A stretch of 64,000 nucleotides of DNA from Chloropicon primus (Eukaryota). Below are positions 50,658-61,572 of this stretch, piece after piece. Every line of letters begins with the position of its first letter. Position 1 is the first letter of the stretch. The position numbers and the translations under genes are program-made. The stretch spans positions 1,426,001-1,490,000 of the forward strand of contig CP060756.1 of assembly GCA_023205875.1 (NCBI GenBank), written 5' to 3'. The notes below the pieces were generated by a model. It saw nothing but the letters and a program-made list of their open reading frames with translations. It did no database searches and was not told the DNA's origin.

Positions 50658-51809
50658 ATGACGATGACGATGACGGGCACGAGAAGGTCAACTTGGAAGA
50701 TGCTTAGAGGGGCGGGGCTCGCCCTCGCCGTGGGACTCGCGGGGGCGACGATTGCCCAGGGGGCGCAATGCCTCGACGGCTCCGACGACAACTGCCTGCA
50801 GTGCGCCGCTGAGGCTGACAACCCGTGGTGCGGGGGAACTCAGGACCCGGTTAATGAGATGTCCTGCACGCCGTTCACGTATCGCCCCATGAGCTTCAAC
50901 AACTTGAAGGGTCTCAACGAGTGGTGCGGCTTTGGCGACGACGACATCTACAAGATCCTCGCCTACGACGACAGCACCGACGACCAGGGCAACCCGGCCC
51001 CCTGGCCCTACCCGGGCGTCAGGGCCTGGGCCGCGCAATTCAACAACGACTGCTCCCAGGCCGGCGGCAACAAGGACTACTGGGTTTTTCACGCGTGTGA
51101 CGGCGCGGGAATCCAGGGAGGTGACTGCGCTGGCGACATAAAGTACGTGGAGCGTTTCGGCTTCCACTACGATGGTGCCAGGGAGGACAAAGGAATCTGC
51201 ACGCCTGACGGGCAGGGAGTTGGCTATGACAACCGCAAGTACTGCAAGTTCGTCCATCCCGGGACTGAGAAAGTTTACGACGACTACAAAGCGGGGTGGA
51301 CTGGGATAAACAATCCCGACGAGGACACATTTTGGGCGGCAGCGGGCCTGCCTTCTTGCGAGAACGCATTTAACAGCAAGGCCTCAAAAGGCTGGGCGGA
51401 CGACAGCGCTCTCATGCAGACGCTCAGCACCTTCCCCAGCTGGGCGTACGGCGGCGAACACCCCTACGCCTACACGGGGCAGTGGTTCTCGTTCCCGATG
51501 TACAGCTGGAGGGCCGTAAAGAACGGCAACGATAACCATTACCTGAGCTACCCTACCATCGCTGAGAATGGCTGGAAGGCCTTCGCGGACAACGAGCCGT
51601 GTGGAGACAGCAAGGACTATTGCGCCGGTGCCCCGCCCGTGGTGGACTTCATTATCGCAGGCCTGGATCAGGCCGACGGCAACCCAAAGATCGTCTTCGA
51701 CATGTGGAGGAGTGACGCTGACGGCAACATGATGAAGCTCAACGACGGCGGCGAGCCGTTCGTGCTCTATCCCGTCCACGAGAACGACGGCTCGTGCGCG
51801 CCCTGGTGA
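50658..51809 (+). CDS. Secreted Cys/Trp/Asp/Gly-rich protein of unknown function (start 50658 or 50700)
   Basis: Signal peptide GLALAVGLAGATIAQGA, many Cys, coding-like codon usage. Confidence 0.75.
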   Translation: MTMTMTGTRRSTWKMLRGAGLALAVGLAGATIAQGAQCLDGSDDNCLQCAAEADNPWCGGTQDPVNEMSCTPFTYRPMSFNNLKGLNEWCGFGDDDIYKILAYDDSTDDQGNPAPWPYPGVRAWAAQFNNDCSQAGGNKDYWVFHACDGAGIQGGDCAGDIKYVERFGFHYDGAREDKGICTPDGQGVGYDNRKYCKFVHPGTEKVYDDYKAGWTGINNPDEDTFWAAAGLPSCENAFNSKASKGWADDSALMQTLSTFPSWAYGGEHPYAYTGQWFSFPMYSWRAVKNGNDNHYLSYPTIAENGWKAFADNEPCGDSKDYCAGAPPVVDFIIAGLDQADGNPKIVFDMWRSDADGNMMKLNDGGEPFVLYPVHENDGSCAPW

Positions 51810-52272
51810 TACAGAGAGGAGCGTCACTGCTGTTTTTAGGCTTTAGAGATGGGAGATCAGGATTGGACTTGCTCTCAGGCTTTGGATTGTTCAAGAAATG
51901 ACTTTGTAACGTACGCCCGCATCAGCGTCGTCCCCTCTCCCGAGACACTTCCTGACGTCCCTTACAAGCTTTCCCTTCATCTTGCTGGTGCTTCTTTTGG
52001 TTGGTCCTCCCTCGGCATTCTCACCAGTCGTCTCTCTGGTGCGTGTCCTGTGCCACCGTCTCGTGGGCGGCCTCCTCATCGTCTAATCCAGCACCACACC
52101 ACACCTCCCCTCCCTCCTGGATGGTTCCCCTCCCCTTCCTTCCTCTTCCCCTTCCCCTTCCCCTGCCTGGAGTCCGCCTTGGCCTTGGGTTCTCCCCACC
52201 TTGCCAGAAGAGGCGGGCGGAAGAGAGAGAAGAGAGGAGAGGAGAGGAAGAGGAGAGGAAGAGGAAGAGGAG

Positions 52273-52779
52273 ATGGCGGAGGAGTCTGGGTCTGGAAGGG
52301 TGGAGGGGGAGCTGGAGATGGTGATGCCGGCGGCGGGGGCGGGGATAGATGGGGTCATGGCGAGCAACCACGTGCCGTATGCCGCGAGGGTCGTCGCGGA
52401 CCTCCTCAAGGAGATGGGGGTCGAGGAGTACGAACCGAGGGTGGTGTACCAGCTCCTGGAGTTCATAACGACGTACGCGCACGGGGTGCTCAACACGGCG
52501 GAGGAGTACGCGGAGCACGCCGGCCGCGTGGCGGAGGAGATCGTGTGGCAGGACATAGCGCTGGCGATAGGAAAGTCCAGGGGGCCCCAGGTGGACCCTC
52601 TGGGGGTCTTTGAGCCGGTGGTGCCCTCGGGGTTTCCCGCGAAGCCAAACGCCCAGCTGTTGAAGACGATGGCGGAGAGGATCAACGCGCAGAAGCTTCC
52701 GGATCTCTCGAAGAAGGCTGGCCTTTCCCTGCCGGGAGACGAGAAGATGCTGACGGCCCAAAACTTCGACATCAATTGA
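52273..52779 (+). CDS. TAF9: TFIID subunit TAF9 (histone fold)
   Basis: VPYAARVVADLLKEMGVEEYEPRVVYQLLEF...YAEHAGR...DIALAI, A..INAQKLP. Confidence 0.9.
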   Translation: MAEESGSGRVEGELEMVMPAAGAGIDGVMASNHVPYAARVVADLLKEMGVEEYEPRVVYQLLEFITTYAHGVLNTAEEYAEHAGRVAEEIVWQDIALAIGKSRGPQVDPLGVFEPVVPSGFPAKPNAQLLKTMAERINAQKLPDLSKKAGLSLPGDEKMLTAQNFDIN

Positions 52780-52935
52780 GGGACGCGAACATCCGTAAGA
52801 GAGAGAAAGAGAGAGAGGCTTTTAGTGTATCTGTAATAGTATATGCCGTGGACAGAACAAGGTCCACACAGAAAAAGAATGACAAGAAAACTAAACTACA
52901 AACAAATGAAACAACAAACAAGCTTGCCGGGCATC

Positions 52936-55842
52936 TCAGCCCGTGTTCTGCATTCCGGAGGCAATGCCCTTCATCGTGATGGTCACGGTATCCTCGACTG
53001 CAGCGGTGTAGAGCGACCGGCTGGTGCTGGTCGAATTGAGCTGCAGCAGCCTAATCATGTCCTCAGACTTTGGCTGGAAGCTCTTCTTCTCGTGCGTGCC
53101 CTCAACGCCTTCGTGGCAGTCCCTCATGTTCTTCAGGTTGATGACCTGCAGAATGTTCAGCGGCGTGATGTAGGGGGCCCTCAAGGAGATCTTCTCCTGC
53201 AAGGTGGAGGTCTTGGAGGTCACCAGCAGACCCTCGTGTCCTGCCACCTGGAGCAGCAAGCTCTTCGTCTCCTCGAACATCGCCCTGAGCTCTTTGCCGA
53301 GCGCGCCCACTTCCTCTGGGTTGGTCAACCTCTTCTCGTAATACTCGGCGATGGCGGGGTCCAACTTGGCGAGAACCATCTCCACCAAGTCGATCGTCAC
53401 CTGGAAGAAGGGCCACTCCTTGTACATCTCTCTCAGCATGTCCAGCTTGCCCTCCTTGACCATCTCCTGCAAGGCTGTGCCGATGCCGAGCCAAACTGGA
53501 AGGCCGAAACGGGTCTGCGTCCACGCGAACACCCACGGGATGGCCCTCAGGGATTCGATGCCCGCGTTCGCCTTTCGCTTCGTGGGCCTGCTTCCGATGT
53601 TCATGCGCCCGATCTCAGTCTCGGGGGTCGCCGTCTTGAAGTACCTGATGAACCTCGGGTCCTTGTAAACCACCTGGCGGAACTTGTCGCAAGAGACGCG
53701 GCTCAGCTCCTCCATGAGGTCCTTCCACTCCTGCTTGGGGACCGGAGGGGCGTCCAGGGAGTGCTCCAGGGTGGCACTAGTGTACAGATCCAGGGTCCTG
53801 AAGCAAACGTTCTCATCCGCAAAGCTCTGCTCGATGATCTCGCCCTGCACCGTGATCCTCAGCTTCCCGTTGATGGTGCCCGCTGGCTGGGACCTGATCG
53901 CAAGGTGCAACGGACCACCGCCACGGCCCACGGTGCCACCTCTACCGTGAAAGAACGTCAAGGACACGCCAAACTCGTTGGCAACCTCCGTGAGGTCCAC
54001 CTGGGCCCTGTAGAGGGCGTAAGCCGCAGCGAGTCTTCCCGCATCCTTGCCACTGTCGCTGTACCCAAGCATGCACTCCTGGCGCCCGTCGATGTGGTTC
54101 AGGAACCATTTGCACGAGCAAAGCTTTCTCAACGTGTTCGGGGCCTCCGACAAGTCACCAAGGCGCTCAAACAGGGGAACCACGTGAAGGAGGGACTCCA
54201 CGTTGGCCTCCTTCTGCAGGAGAAGGACAGAGAGGACGTCAGAGGCTGACGTGGCCATGCTGATCACGTAGTTGCCCAGGGAGGATCTTGGCATCTCCGC
54301 GATGATCTTGAAGGTGCTGAGGCACTCCCTGACCTCCTCGCTGTACGTGGCCGTTCGCGGGAGCAAGGGCCTCTTGCTCTCCAGCTCGCTCAAGAGGAAC
54401 TCGATTTTCTTGTCCTCACTCCATTCCTTGTAGCTGCCCAGCCCGAGGAAGTTGGTGATCTCGTTCATGGTGTCCGCGTGCCTCTCCGCTTCCTGCCTGA
54501 TGTCCAGGCGGATGAGGCCCAGGCCAAAGGTGTTGATCTGCCTGATGAGGTCCTTCAGCCTGTTGTTGGCCACGGCGGTGTCCCCCGTGTCGCACAAGCT
54601 CTTGTGAAGCATGAGGAGGGGCTCCAAGATCTCTTCCTCGGTGATGTAAGCGTTTCTGCTCTTCAGGTAGTCCAGGACGCTATCGTTGGTGTTCAGGCAA
54701 GTGTGCAAGGCATCCCTCGTGTCGTGAAGGCGGTCCCTGATGTCCTCCAAGACCATCCGGTACGGCTGGTGCCTGGACACGGGCCTCCAGAAGTCACAGT
54801 AGTTCCTCCTCTTCCTCTCAAAGGCGAGGTGCTCCTCGTTCAACGTGTGGGACGCGTCGGCGACCTTCTTGTCGCAGTACTCGGCCAGCTCCTCGTTGCA
54901 CCTCCACATGCTCAGGTCGAACATGAGCTTCTCGACCTCCTGGAAGTACAAGTCGCAAGCCGCGTTCCTGGCGAGGATGACCACGTCCCTGGTGCACTCC
55001 GCCGTGACGAAGGGGTTCCCGTCCCTGTCCCCGCCCATCCAGCTGCCAAAGGAGATCACCGAGTGGTCCAAGGGCAAGGGCGGCTGCCCGATGCTCTGCA
55101 GGGCCGTGTCCAGCCTCCTGAGGTACTTGGCCGCGCCTTTGAAGATGGTCTCCTGGAAGTAAGACAAGCCGTGCCTCATCTCGTCCTGGGGCAGGGGCTT
55201 CTTCCTGCTCAGCTCGTCCGTCCTGAACGCGGCGTTGATGTTGCAGTGGAGGGCGTCCAGCAACTCGGACTTCTCGAACTTGTTCATCTTCACGTTGTTG
55301 TGCAGGTCCGTCAGAATCTTCCTGATGGCCGCGTTCTTCTTCAGGAGGCTCCTCCTCAGGGCCTGCGTGGGGTGCGCCGTGATCACGAGGGTGATCTTCT
55401 GCTCGCACAGGGCCTTGTAGATGGCGTTCCCCTCGGGGTCGCTCTTCCCCTCCTTGATGAGCCTCGCGAAGGTCTCGTCCGTGCTCCTCGTGCCCCTGCT
55501 CACCTCGCCGATCCTCTCGGCCAGCTCCTGCTGGGACGACTGGACGTCCTCGCTCAGGTTGTGGAGGTTGAGCATATTGCTGAAGATCGAGGCCACCATC
55601 AGGTGCTCCTCCGGGGTCAAGTTCCCCAAGTACTTCTCCAGCTCGTCGAACTCTTCCGGGTCCTTGCTGCTGCACCAGGCCTGGGACAGGGCGAAGACCA
55701 CCTCCGCCTTGTTCGCCAGCTTCACGTTGTGCGAGCGAAGCATCTGGTAGAAGATGCTCCTCAGCAGGGTCTCGTCCTTCCTCAGGAACTTCTTGGACCC
55801 GAGCCGACTGATCTCCATAAAGTCCACCGTGCTGTCCCCCAT
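52936..55842 (-). CDS. PPC: Phosphoenolpyruvate carboxylase
   Basis: VITAHPTQ, SWMGGDRDGNP, MLGYSDSGKDAG, FHGRGGTVGRGG, SLRAIPW, C-terminal MQNTG. Confidence 0.97.
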   Translation of the reverse strand: MGDSTVDFMEISRLGSKKFLRKDETLLRSIFYQMLRSHNVKLANKAEVVFALSQAWCSSKDPEEFDELEKYLGNLTPEEHLMVASIFSNMLNLHNLSEDVQSSQQELAERIGEVSRGTRSTDETFARLIKEGKSDPEGNAIYKALCEQKITLVITAHPTQALRRSLLKKNAAIRKILTDLHNNVKMNKFEKSELLDALHCNINAAFRTDELSRKKPLPQDEMRHGLSYFQETIFKGAAKYLRRLDTALQSIGQPPLPLDHSVISFGSWMGGDRDGNPFVTAECTRDVVILARNAACDLYFQEVEKLMFDLSMWRCNEELAEYCDKKVADASHTLNEEHLAFERKRRNYCDFWRPVSRHQPYRMVLEDIRDRLHDTRDALHTCLNTNDSVLDYLKSRNAYITEEEILEPLLMLHKSLCDTGDTAVANNRLKDLIRQINTFGLGLIRLDIRQEAERHADTMNEITNFLGLGSYKEWSEDKKIEFLLSELESKRPLLPRTATYSEEVRECLSTFKIIAEMPRSSLGNYVISMATSASDVLSVLLLQKEANVESLLHVVPLFERLGDLSEAPNTLRKLCSCKWFLNHIDGRQECMLGYSDSGKDAGRLAAAYALYRAQVDLTEVANEFGVSLTFFHGRGGTVGRGGGPLHLAIRSQPAGTINGKLRITVQGEIIEQSFADENVCFRTLDLYTSATLEHSLDAPPVPKQEWKDLMEELSRVSCDKFRQVVYKDPRFIRYFKTATPETEIGRMNIGSRPTKRKANAGIESLRAIPWVFAWTQTRFGLPVWLGIGTALQEMVKEGKLDMLREMYKEWPFFQVTIDLVEMVLAKLDPAIAEYYEKRLTNPEEVGALGKELRAMFEETKSLLLQVAGHEGLLVTSKTSTLQEKISLRAPYITPLNILQVINLKNMRDCHEGVEGTHEKKSFQPKSEDMIRLLQLNSTSTSRSLYTAAVEDTVTITMKGIASGMQNTG

Positions 55843-55911
55843 CTCTCCTCCTCCTCCTCCTCCTCCTCCTCCTCCTCTTGTTTCGGGTTGGGTTCGGTGC
55901 GTGAGCGAAAG

Positions 55912-55954
<43 letters not shown>

Positions 55955-56059
55955 CTGCAAGCGTCAAGCCCCTCTTGCTCTTGCTCTTGCTCTGAACAAG
56001 TTGTCCTCTCCTCTCGTGTGGTTTCCTCTCCCTTTTGAGGAAGGAGTGAGTGTTCTTGT

Positions 56060-56061
<2 letters not shown>

Positions 56062-56095
<34 letters not shown>
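56062..56095. repeat. (GT)n microsatellite
   Basis: Uninterrupted GT run. Confidence 0.9.
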
Positions 56096-56097
<2 letters not shown>

Positions 56098-56541
56098 CGG
56101 CGGGGCTGAGTTCTTGTGTTCTTGTGTTTATGTTTGTGTTATGCGTTCGTCCTCCTTGTCTTGTGTGGTGGTATGTTTGGTGTGTGTGTGTGTGTTGTGT
56201 CCCCCCCTCCTCCCGGGCGGGTCGTTCCCCTCTGTCCTCCTCGCTCGTGTGTCTCGTGGGCTCGGCCGAGTGCTTTTCTCCTTTTTTCTTTTTCTTAAGG
56301 AACGCCAGGAAGGGGAGAGGCGGACACCGGGACAACTGGCGGACACCAGGGATCAGATCCAACCAAGATCAGGAAGGCCAAGGCCAAGGAGGAGGACGAC
56401 GAGGACGAGACGGGGGGACGAGGAAGAGACGGGGGGACGAGGAAGAGACGGGGGGACGAGACGGAGGGAGGGACGCGGGGACACGGCGGGGGGGGAGAGG
56501 GAGACACAACACACAACACACAACACACACGACAAAGGATT

Positions 56542-58361
56542 ATGCTAATGCGGGGAGGGAAGGGGAAGGGGGGGATAGAGGAGGAGAACGAGGGGGGGTA
56601 CTGCTGCTACAAGGAGGAGGAGAGACGAGGGGAAGGGGGGGAGGAGGGAGGAGGGGGGAGGAGGGAGGGGAGGTGCGAGGACCCCGGGAGCAGACCCGTG
56701 CCGGACCTCCTGGCGCCGATCGCGGGGGAGGCGCTCCTCGACCCCAACAGAGGGAGGAAGGAGTGCGAGGAGGGGACGACGCGGGGGTACCCGGCGTGGA
56801 GGGTCGGCCTGACGTGCCTGGACGAGTTCGATCGGAGGGGAAAAGGGTCCTCGTCTCCGTCCGTTCCCCTTCGACTGAGGGGGTCCCTCGAGGCCAAGGT
56901 CCCCCACACCAAGATCTTCCCGAAGAGCCGCGGAACCTTAAGCGCCTCGCCCCTCGTCGTGTTCACCCTGGGCGGGACCTTCGAGTGGCCCGAGAGGTCT
57001 GAGTCTTCCCTCGGACTGAGGACGGGAGTCCTGCAGAAGGTGGACGTCCGCAACGCGAAGGACACGCTGGGGGTGGGTCTGGACCTGTACCCGAAGCGGA
57101 CGCTGCGCCTGCAAGCGAGGAGGCGGGCCGACCTTCCGAAGCAAGGAGTCCACCTGGGCATCCTGAGGTACGGCGTGACCCTGTCCAGGAGCACCAGCGG
57201 GAGCGGCGGGCCCCCCGGGGAGATCGGGGTCCGGGCGGAGCTCAGGACTCCCGTTGGGGTGAGCGTGACGGGCGAGGCGTCCACGAGCGGCGCGTGCGGC
57301 CTGCGGATGGGCGTGCAGATCAAGCCCACCTACGTTCGCGGCGGGTTCGGTCTGGTCTCCTCGGCCATCGCGGCGGCCGCGGACCTGAGGTCGGGGCGCC
57401 GGGGAGGCCAGAAGGAGAGGGGCCACCTCATTCCGCCGTACTCGGAAACGCTTGGGGGGGGGGAACCAAGCCGGGGGAAGGAGGAAAGGCGCCTCCCTGG
57501 CGGGTTCCTCTGCCACGAGCTCTCGGTCAGCTTCCAGGAGCCGAAGTTCGGGCCCCCGTGGGGGACTCACTTCCGCCGGGTCCCCTCGAGGCCCAAGCCC
57601 GTCTCGCCCACGTTGGACGCGGGGCTCTCGGGCGAGCCCCCCCAGGAGCAGGACCCGGCCCCGCAGAGGAAGAAAGAGATCGCGGTCGTGGGGGGTCACT
57701 GGATCGATCCCGGTGGCGATACGGGCGCCCCGGGGGAAAGGGAAATGAATCTGCACATTGCGGACAGGGTGACTTCCAAGCTGGCACGGAGGGGCTGGGC
57801 AGTTTGGAGGCCCGAGAACAACGAGAAGGGCAGGGAGGACTACACTTGGCCCGAGTACCTGGATTGGGTGGGGGACAGGACGAGGGACAACGTTGCCGTT
57901 GTGGAGATTCACGGGCAGGGCAAGATCGGGGAGATTCCGGCTCAGGGCGTGATCGGGGACGAGGGTTCCCCTCTGAATCGGGTGCTCGGAGAGAAATTCG
58001 GGTTCTTTCCCATCGACTACACGAGGAGGGGTGTTCCGAGGCACGGAGGCACCATCGTAGAGGCTTTTGACACGGACGAGTTCAGGAAGGTAAGGACGAG
58101 GGTGGGACCTTGTAGCGCTCCCCCGGACACTGACTTTTGTTCGTTCGTTAGTTGACTCCGCTTGAGAGGTACGCCGCAGCAGAGTCGGTCAGTGACTCGA
58201 TCGCAAATAGCGTCTGCAAGGCTTACGACGACGAGGCAAAGGCTGTTCTGCCCGGGTGCAGTGCCACGGGGTGCCCCGTGGACGTGGGTTACGCTCGAAG
58301 GAAAGGTTTCCGGGTCAAGTCTTACGGGGCTCCCCGCAAAAATTCTGCTGCGCCGTCCTAG
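56542..58361 (+). CDS. Protein with C-terminal N-acetylmuramoyl-L-alanine amidase (Amidase_3)-like domain, 2 exons: 56542-58089, 58152-58361 (start uncertain)
   Basis: IAVVGGH...GAPGEREMNLHIADRV...L...G..V, VVEIHG, TIVEAF; GTAAG...CTGAC...TAG intron 58090-58151 joins in frame. Confidence 0.65.
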
Positions 58362-58472
58362 TCCACCACGAAAGCAAAGAATAACTGTTATTCTCGAAAA
58401 AATGTACCAATATATACAATTATTTACGCAAAGGCAAATGTCCCTCGCCGCTGACATCCCTTCTTCCTCGCT

Positions 58473-59252
58473 TCACCCCCTGCTGAGATCCTCCGAGGCT
58501 TGCCTGAGCTTGCCGAGCTCCTCCGGCGTGGCCTCCCCACTCCCCCTCCACCTGACCTTCCCCCCCTTGTCCACCAGGAAGCAGTACGCCGTCAGCCGAT
58601 TCGAGATGTCCAGGAGTCGCTGGAACTCCCTCAGGTTCCCGAAAGCGGCCATCAGCTTTATGCCACCCACCGCCGAGCCCTGCTCCCTCTTTGCCATCTC
58701 CTTCGCCAGGCCTCCGAGGATCACAGACTTGAGCGGGCCTGCCCTGAACAGGAGCGACTCCACGCAGCAGAGCTCCAGGACCCCGACCTTGGCCTGGCTC
58801 GCCCTCGAGGAGGCCAGAAACCCCTCCGTCCAGGTTCTCAGGTGCCCCTTGGCGTTCTCCCGAAAGTACACCCCCACGACTGTCCCGGACGACCCCGCTC
58901 CACTCTCGTCGGTGAGGAGGCCAGCCACGTCCACCGGGCCCTTGGGGTGAGTGGGGACCGCGAGGCCGGGGTGGCCCGTCGAGAAGTTGATCGGATGGGC
59001 ACTCACGTTCCTAGGGAAGTCCTTGGACGTCCTGTGCGACAGGAGGTGGGGCGAGCAAGGGAACACCTTGCCCCCAGTATCTCGCATCTCATTCAGCTCG
59101 AAAAAGTACCCCTTCTGAAGCCTCTTCTTCTCGAGGTGGTCAAAGTGACGCTCCGGGACGCGGCTCAGTCGCAAGGCCCACCCCATTCGCGCCCCTCGGC
59201 CCCCCGGGTCAAGGCCCAGGCGCCTCACCGACCCCCCCAGCGACTGCAGCAT
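58473..59252 (-). CDS. ATP10: Mitochondrial ATP synthase assembly factor ATP10
   Basis: GYFFELNEMRDTGGKVF, C-terminal ISNRLTAYCFLVDKGGKVRWRGSGEATPEE. Confidence 0.88.
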   Translation of the reverse strand: MLQSLGGSVRRLGLDPGGRGARMGWALRLSRVPERHFDHLEKKRLQKGYFFELNEMRDTGGKVFPCSPHLLSHRTSKDFPRNVSAHPINFSTGHPGLAVPTHPKGPVDVAGLLTDESGAGSSGTVVGVYFRENAKGHLRTWTEGFLASSRASQAKVGVLELCCVESLLFRAGPLKSVILGGLAKEMAKREQGSAVGGIKLMAAFGNLREFQRLLDISNRLTAYCFLVDKGGKVRWRGSGEATPEELGKLRQASEDLSRG

Positions 59253-59445
59253 CCTCCTCCTCCCAGTAGTCCACCTGCTGGATTCCGCGCAATGAAGAAG
59301 CAGAAGCCTCGAAGATTGAAAATTGAAAGGGGCTCGTCGGAGTTTTTGGTGGAATGGAATGGAATGGATGATGGATTGTGATTCATGCGATTACAAAAAA
59401 ATGAAAACGGCAACGACCACCTCCACCGCCGACGATGGGGATCAC

Positions 59446-61182
59446 TCACTCCACTTTCTTGTACAGCTGCCTGTAATGGGTTCCCGCCGTGAAGACGTAC
59501 TTGAGGAAGAAGGCTCCTCCCCCGAAACGGAACAGGGTCGAGGTCAGCATGGAGGCCGAGGAGGCCAGCTTGAAGGCCGTCGTCTCGCTGCCCTCCACCA
59601 GAGGAGAGTGGCAGGCTGGAATCACCTGCATGTGGGTGGCAACCATGCTCGAAATTGTTGAAAGCCAAAGCATCTTGGTCCAAAATTTGGAAAAGGTCTG
59701 GAGATTCAAGCCCGCGGAGAAGTTCTTCTTCAGGTAGTCCTCGAGGTTGTAGATGATGACTCCGACCGCCGCCATGATGATGCCGTTGAAAAGGTGGTGC
59801 ATGTGCAGGAGAATGGCGTACCTGATGTTCACCTGGTGGATGGGAGGGTGCGAGAGCTTCTCCCTGATGCCTCCGACGGTGAAGGGGACGATGAGGCCCG
59901 CCATCACGGCGTACGCCCAGAAACCACTCACCACGACAACCAGGAGGCCATGGAACACGAAGTTGGTCCTCACGTTGTTGGCGCAAGTCTCGAAGGGCTT
60001 GTACATCACCTTGGGCAGGTGACCGATGACGGTGGCCACGTGGATGTTGGTGTTGATGGCCGTGAAGTTCACCGTGCAGAAGAAGAAGATCCTGTCGATC
60101 AACCATCCCGCCGTTGCGGGCGCGCCCGCGACCAACGTCCAGCTCGGGTGCATGAAGTGCCCACGCATCTTGGAGTTCATGTAAAACGCGGTGCTGAAGT
60201 ACGTGAGCTGAACGGAGATGCTGCTGATGGCGTCGAGCTTAGTCCAAAAGGTCGCCTGCGCCTTGCCCTCGCCCTCATCCCTCAAGCAAGGGAAGAGCTG
60301 GGCCCCCGCGATGACATACAAGGCGTGCATGGCCATCTGGTCGAACGCTTTCGAGTAAACCTTTCTTCGTCCGGGCACCATGGGCTCCACGAAGTACTCT
60401 CCTGGGGCAGTGGGGTCTGCAATACCGTGGTTGGCAAGAAGCATCCACGCCCCAAAGAGCATGTAGAAGAAGTTCACCCAAAAGTAAAGGAACTCTGCGC
60501 TGGCCTTCCTGGCCGCCTCCTTGTTCTTGAACTTGCCAACAAAAGGGCCAGTCATGGACCCACCGTTCATGGACAAGAGCCCCACGAGGGCAAAGACCAA
60601 GACGTAGAGGACGTTGGAGAACCAGTACAGAACATCGATATCGGGTGAGGTCGTGTAGCCCTTCGTAAATCCTCTCTCGGCCCACTCCAAGTTAATCGTC
60701 GACCCACCGTTGAGCAAGGTCATGACGATCTGGTGGAGTATCACCCAGACGTGGGAAAGGGGCAGGAGGAAGTACACAAGGGAAACCGTCTTGGGGGATG
60801 TGGAGCCCTTTCTCAGCGCACTCTCGAGGCAAGCCGGCATCACCGCCAGGTACACAGCCCTGTAAGGGAGCACGTTGTTTGCAAGATGGGCAATAACAGA
60901 CTTGCCACCACCTATCACCGTGACCAAGAAGTTCTCGTACTCCTCTTCCCCCGGCGTCTTCACGCCAAACCCCTTGGCAACCTGAAACAGTGAGGAGGCC
61001 AACACAAAGATTGCAGCCCACAAGTAACACCAGATTCTGCCCCTCGAGGCGTCGTTTGGCTTCATCTTGTGCGCCGTCAGTGGCAAGGCGGTCATCTTGC
61101 ACCAAAAGGCGTGGTATCCCCAGAAGAACACCACCACCACGCCAATCACAATGAACAAAGAATCCGTCGCAGGACTCTCCAT
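59446..61182 (-). CDS. Unknown polytopic membrane protein (~578 aa)
   Basis: Long ORF with roughly a dozen hydrophobic segments; probable ATG 61182 (MESPATDS). Confidence 0.75.
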   Translation of the reverse strand: MESPATDSLFIVIGVVVVFFWGYHAFWCKMTALPLTAHKMKPNDASRGRIWCYLWAAIFVLASSLFQVAKGFGVKTPGEEEYENFLVTVIGGGKSVIAHLANNVLPYRAVYLAVMPACLESALRKGSTSPKTVSLVYFLLPLSHVWVILHQIVMTLLNGGSTINLEWAERGFTKGYTTSPDIDVLYWFSNVLYVLVFALVGLLSMNGGSMTGPFVGKFKNKEAARKASAEFLYFWVNFFYMLFGAWMLLANHGIADPTAPGEYFVEPMVPGRRKVYSKAFDQMAMHALYVIAGAQLFPCLRDEGEGKAQATFWTKLDAISSISVQLTYFSTAFYMNSKMRGHFMHPSWTLVAGAPATAGWLIDRIFFFCTVNFTAINTNIHVATVIGHLPKVMYKPFETCANNVRTNFVFHGLLVVVVSGFWAYAVMAGLIVPFTVGGIREKLSHPPIHQVNIRYAILLHMHHLFNGIIMAAVGVIIYNLEDYLKKNFSAGLNLQTFSKFWTKMLWLSTISSMVATHMQVIPACHSPLVEGSETTAFKLASSASMLTSTLFRFGGGAFFLKYVFTAGTHYRQLYKKVE

Positions 61183-61572
61183 CTTGACAATCCTATGCTT
61201 GTTTCTCTTTTGTTTCAAGAGAAATGAGAAGAACGAAGGAACAAACGGACGGAAGGACGGAAGGATCAACTGGTTGCGCGCGTCCTTGTACGGCTGGCCT
61301 TGTGCTGCCTCCCGTACGCTCACGCAGTACGACGCGTGGCCCCCGTCTCCCTGTCGTGGTCTCCCTCCCACCTCCCTTGGTGTGTGGGGGGGCGTTGATT
61401 TTTTTTCCCTCCAAGGGATCGGTTCGGCTTTGCGTTTGTGGGGGATATCCACCAGGAGTCCAACAAACGGCTTGGCTTGGCTTGGCTTGGCTTGGCTTGG
61501 CTTGGTGCCTGCCTCTACTCTGCCTTCTTGGGGGGGGGCCAAGGCCACAGCACAGACTAAAAGAGACCACTC

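Noticed and set aside
52936..55842. PEPC lacking the N-terminal phosphorylation serine motif
   Set aside because: QNTG-type PEPCs without the regulatory Ser are already known in green algae
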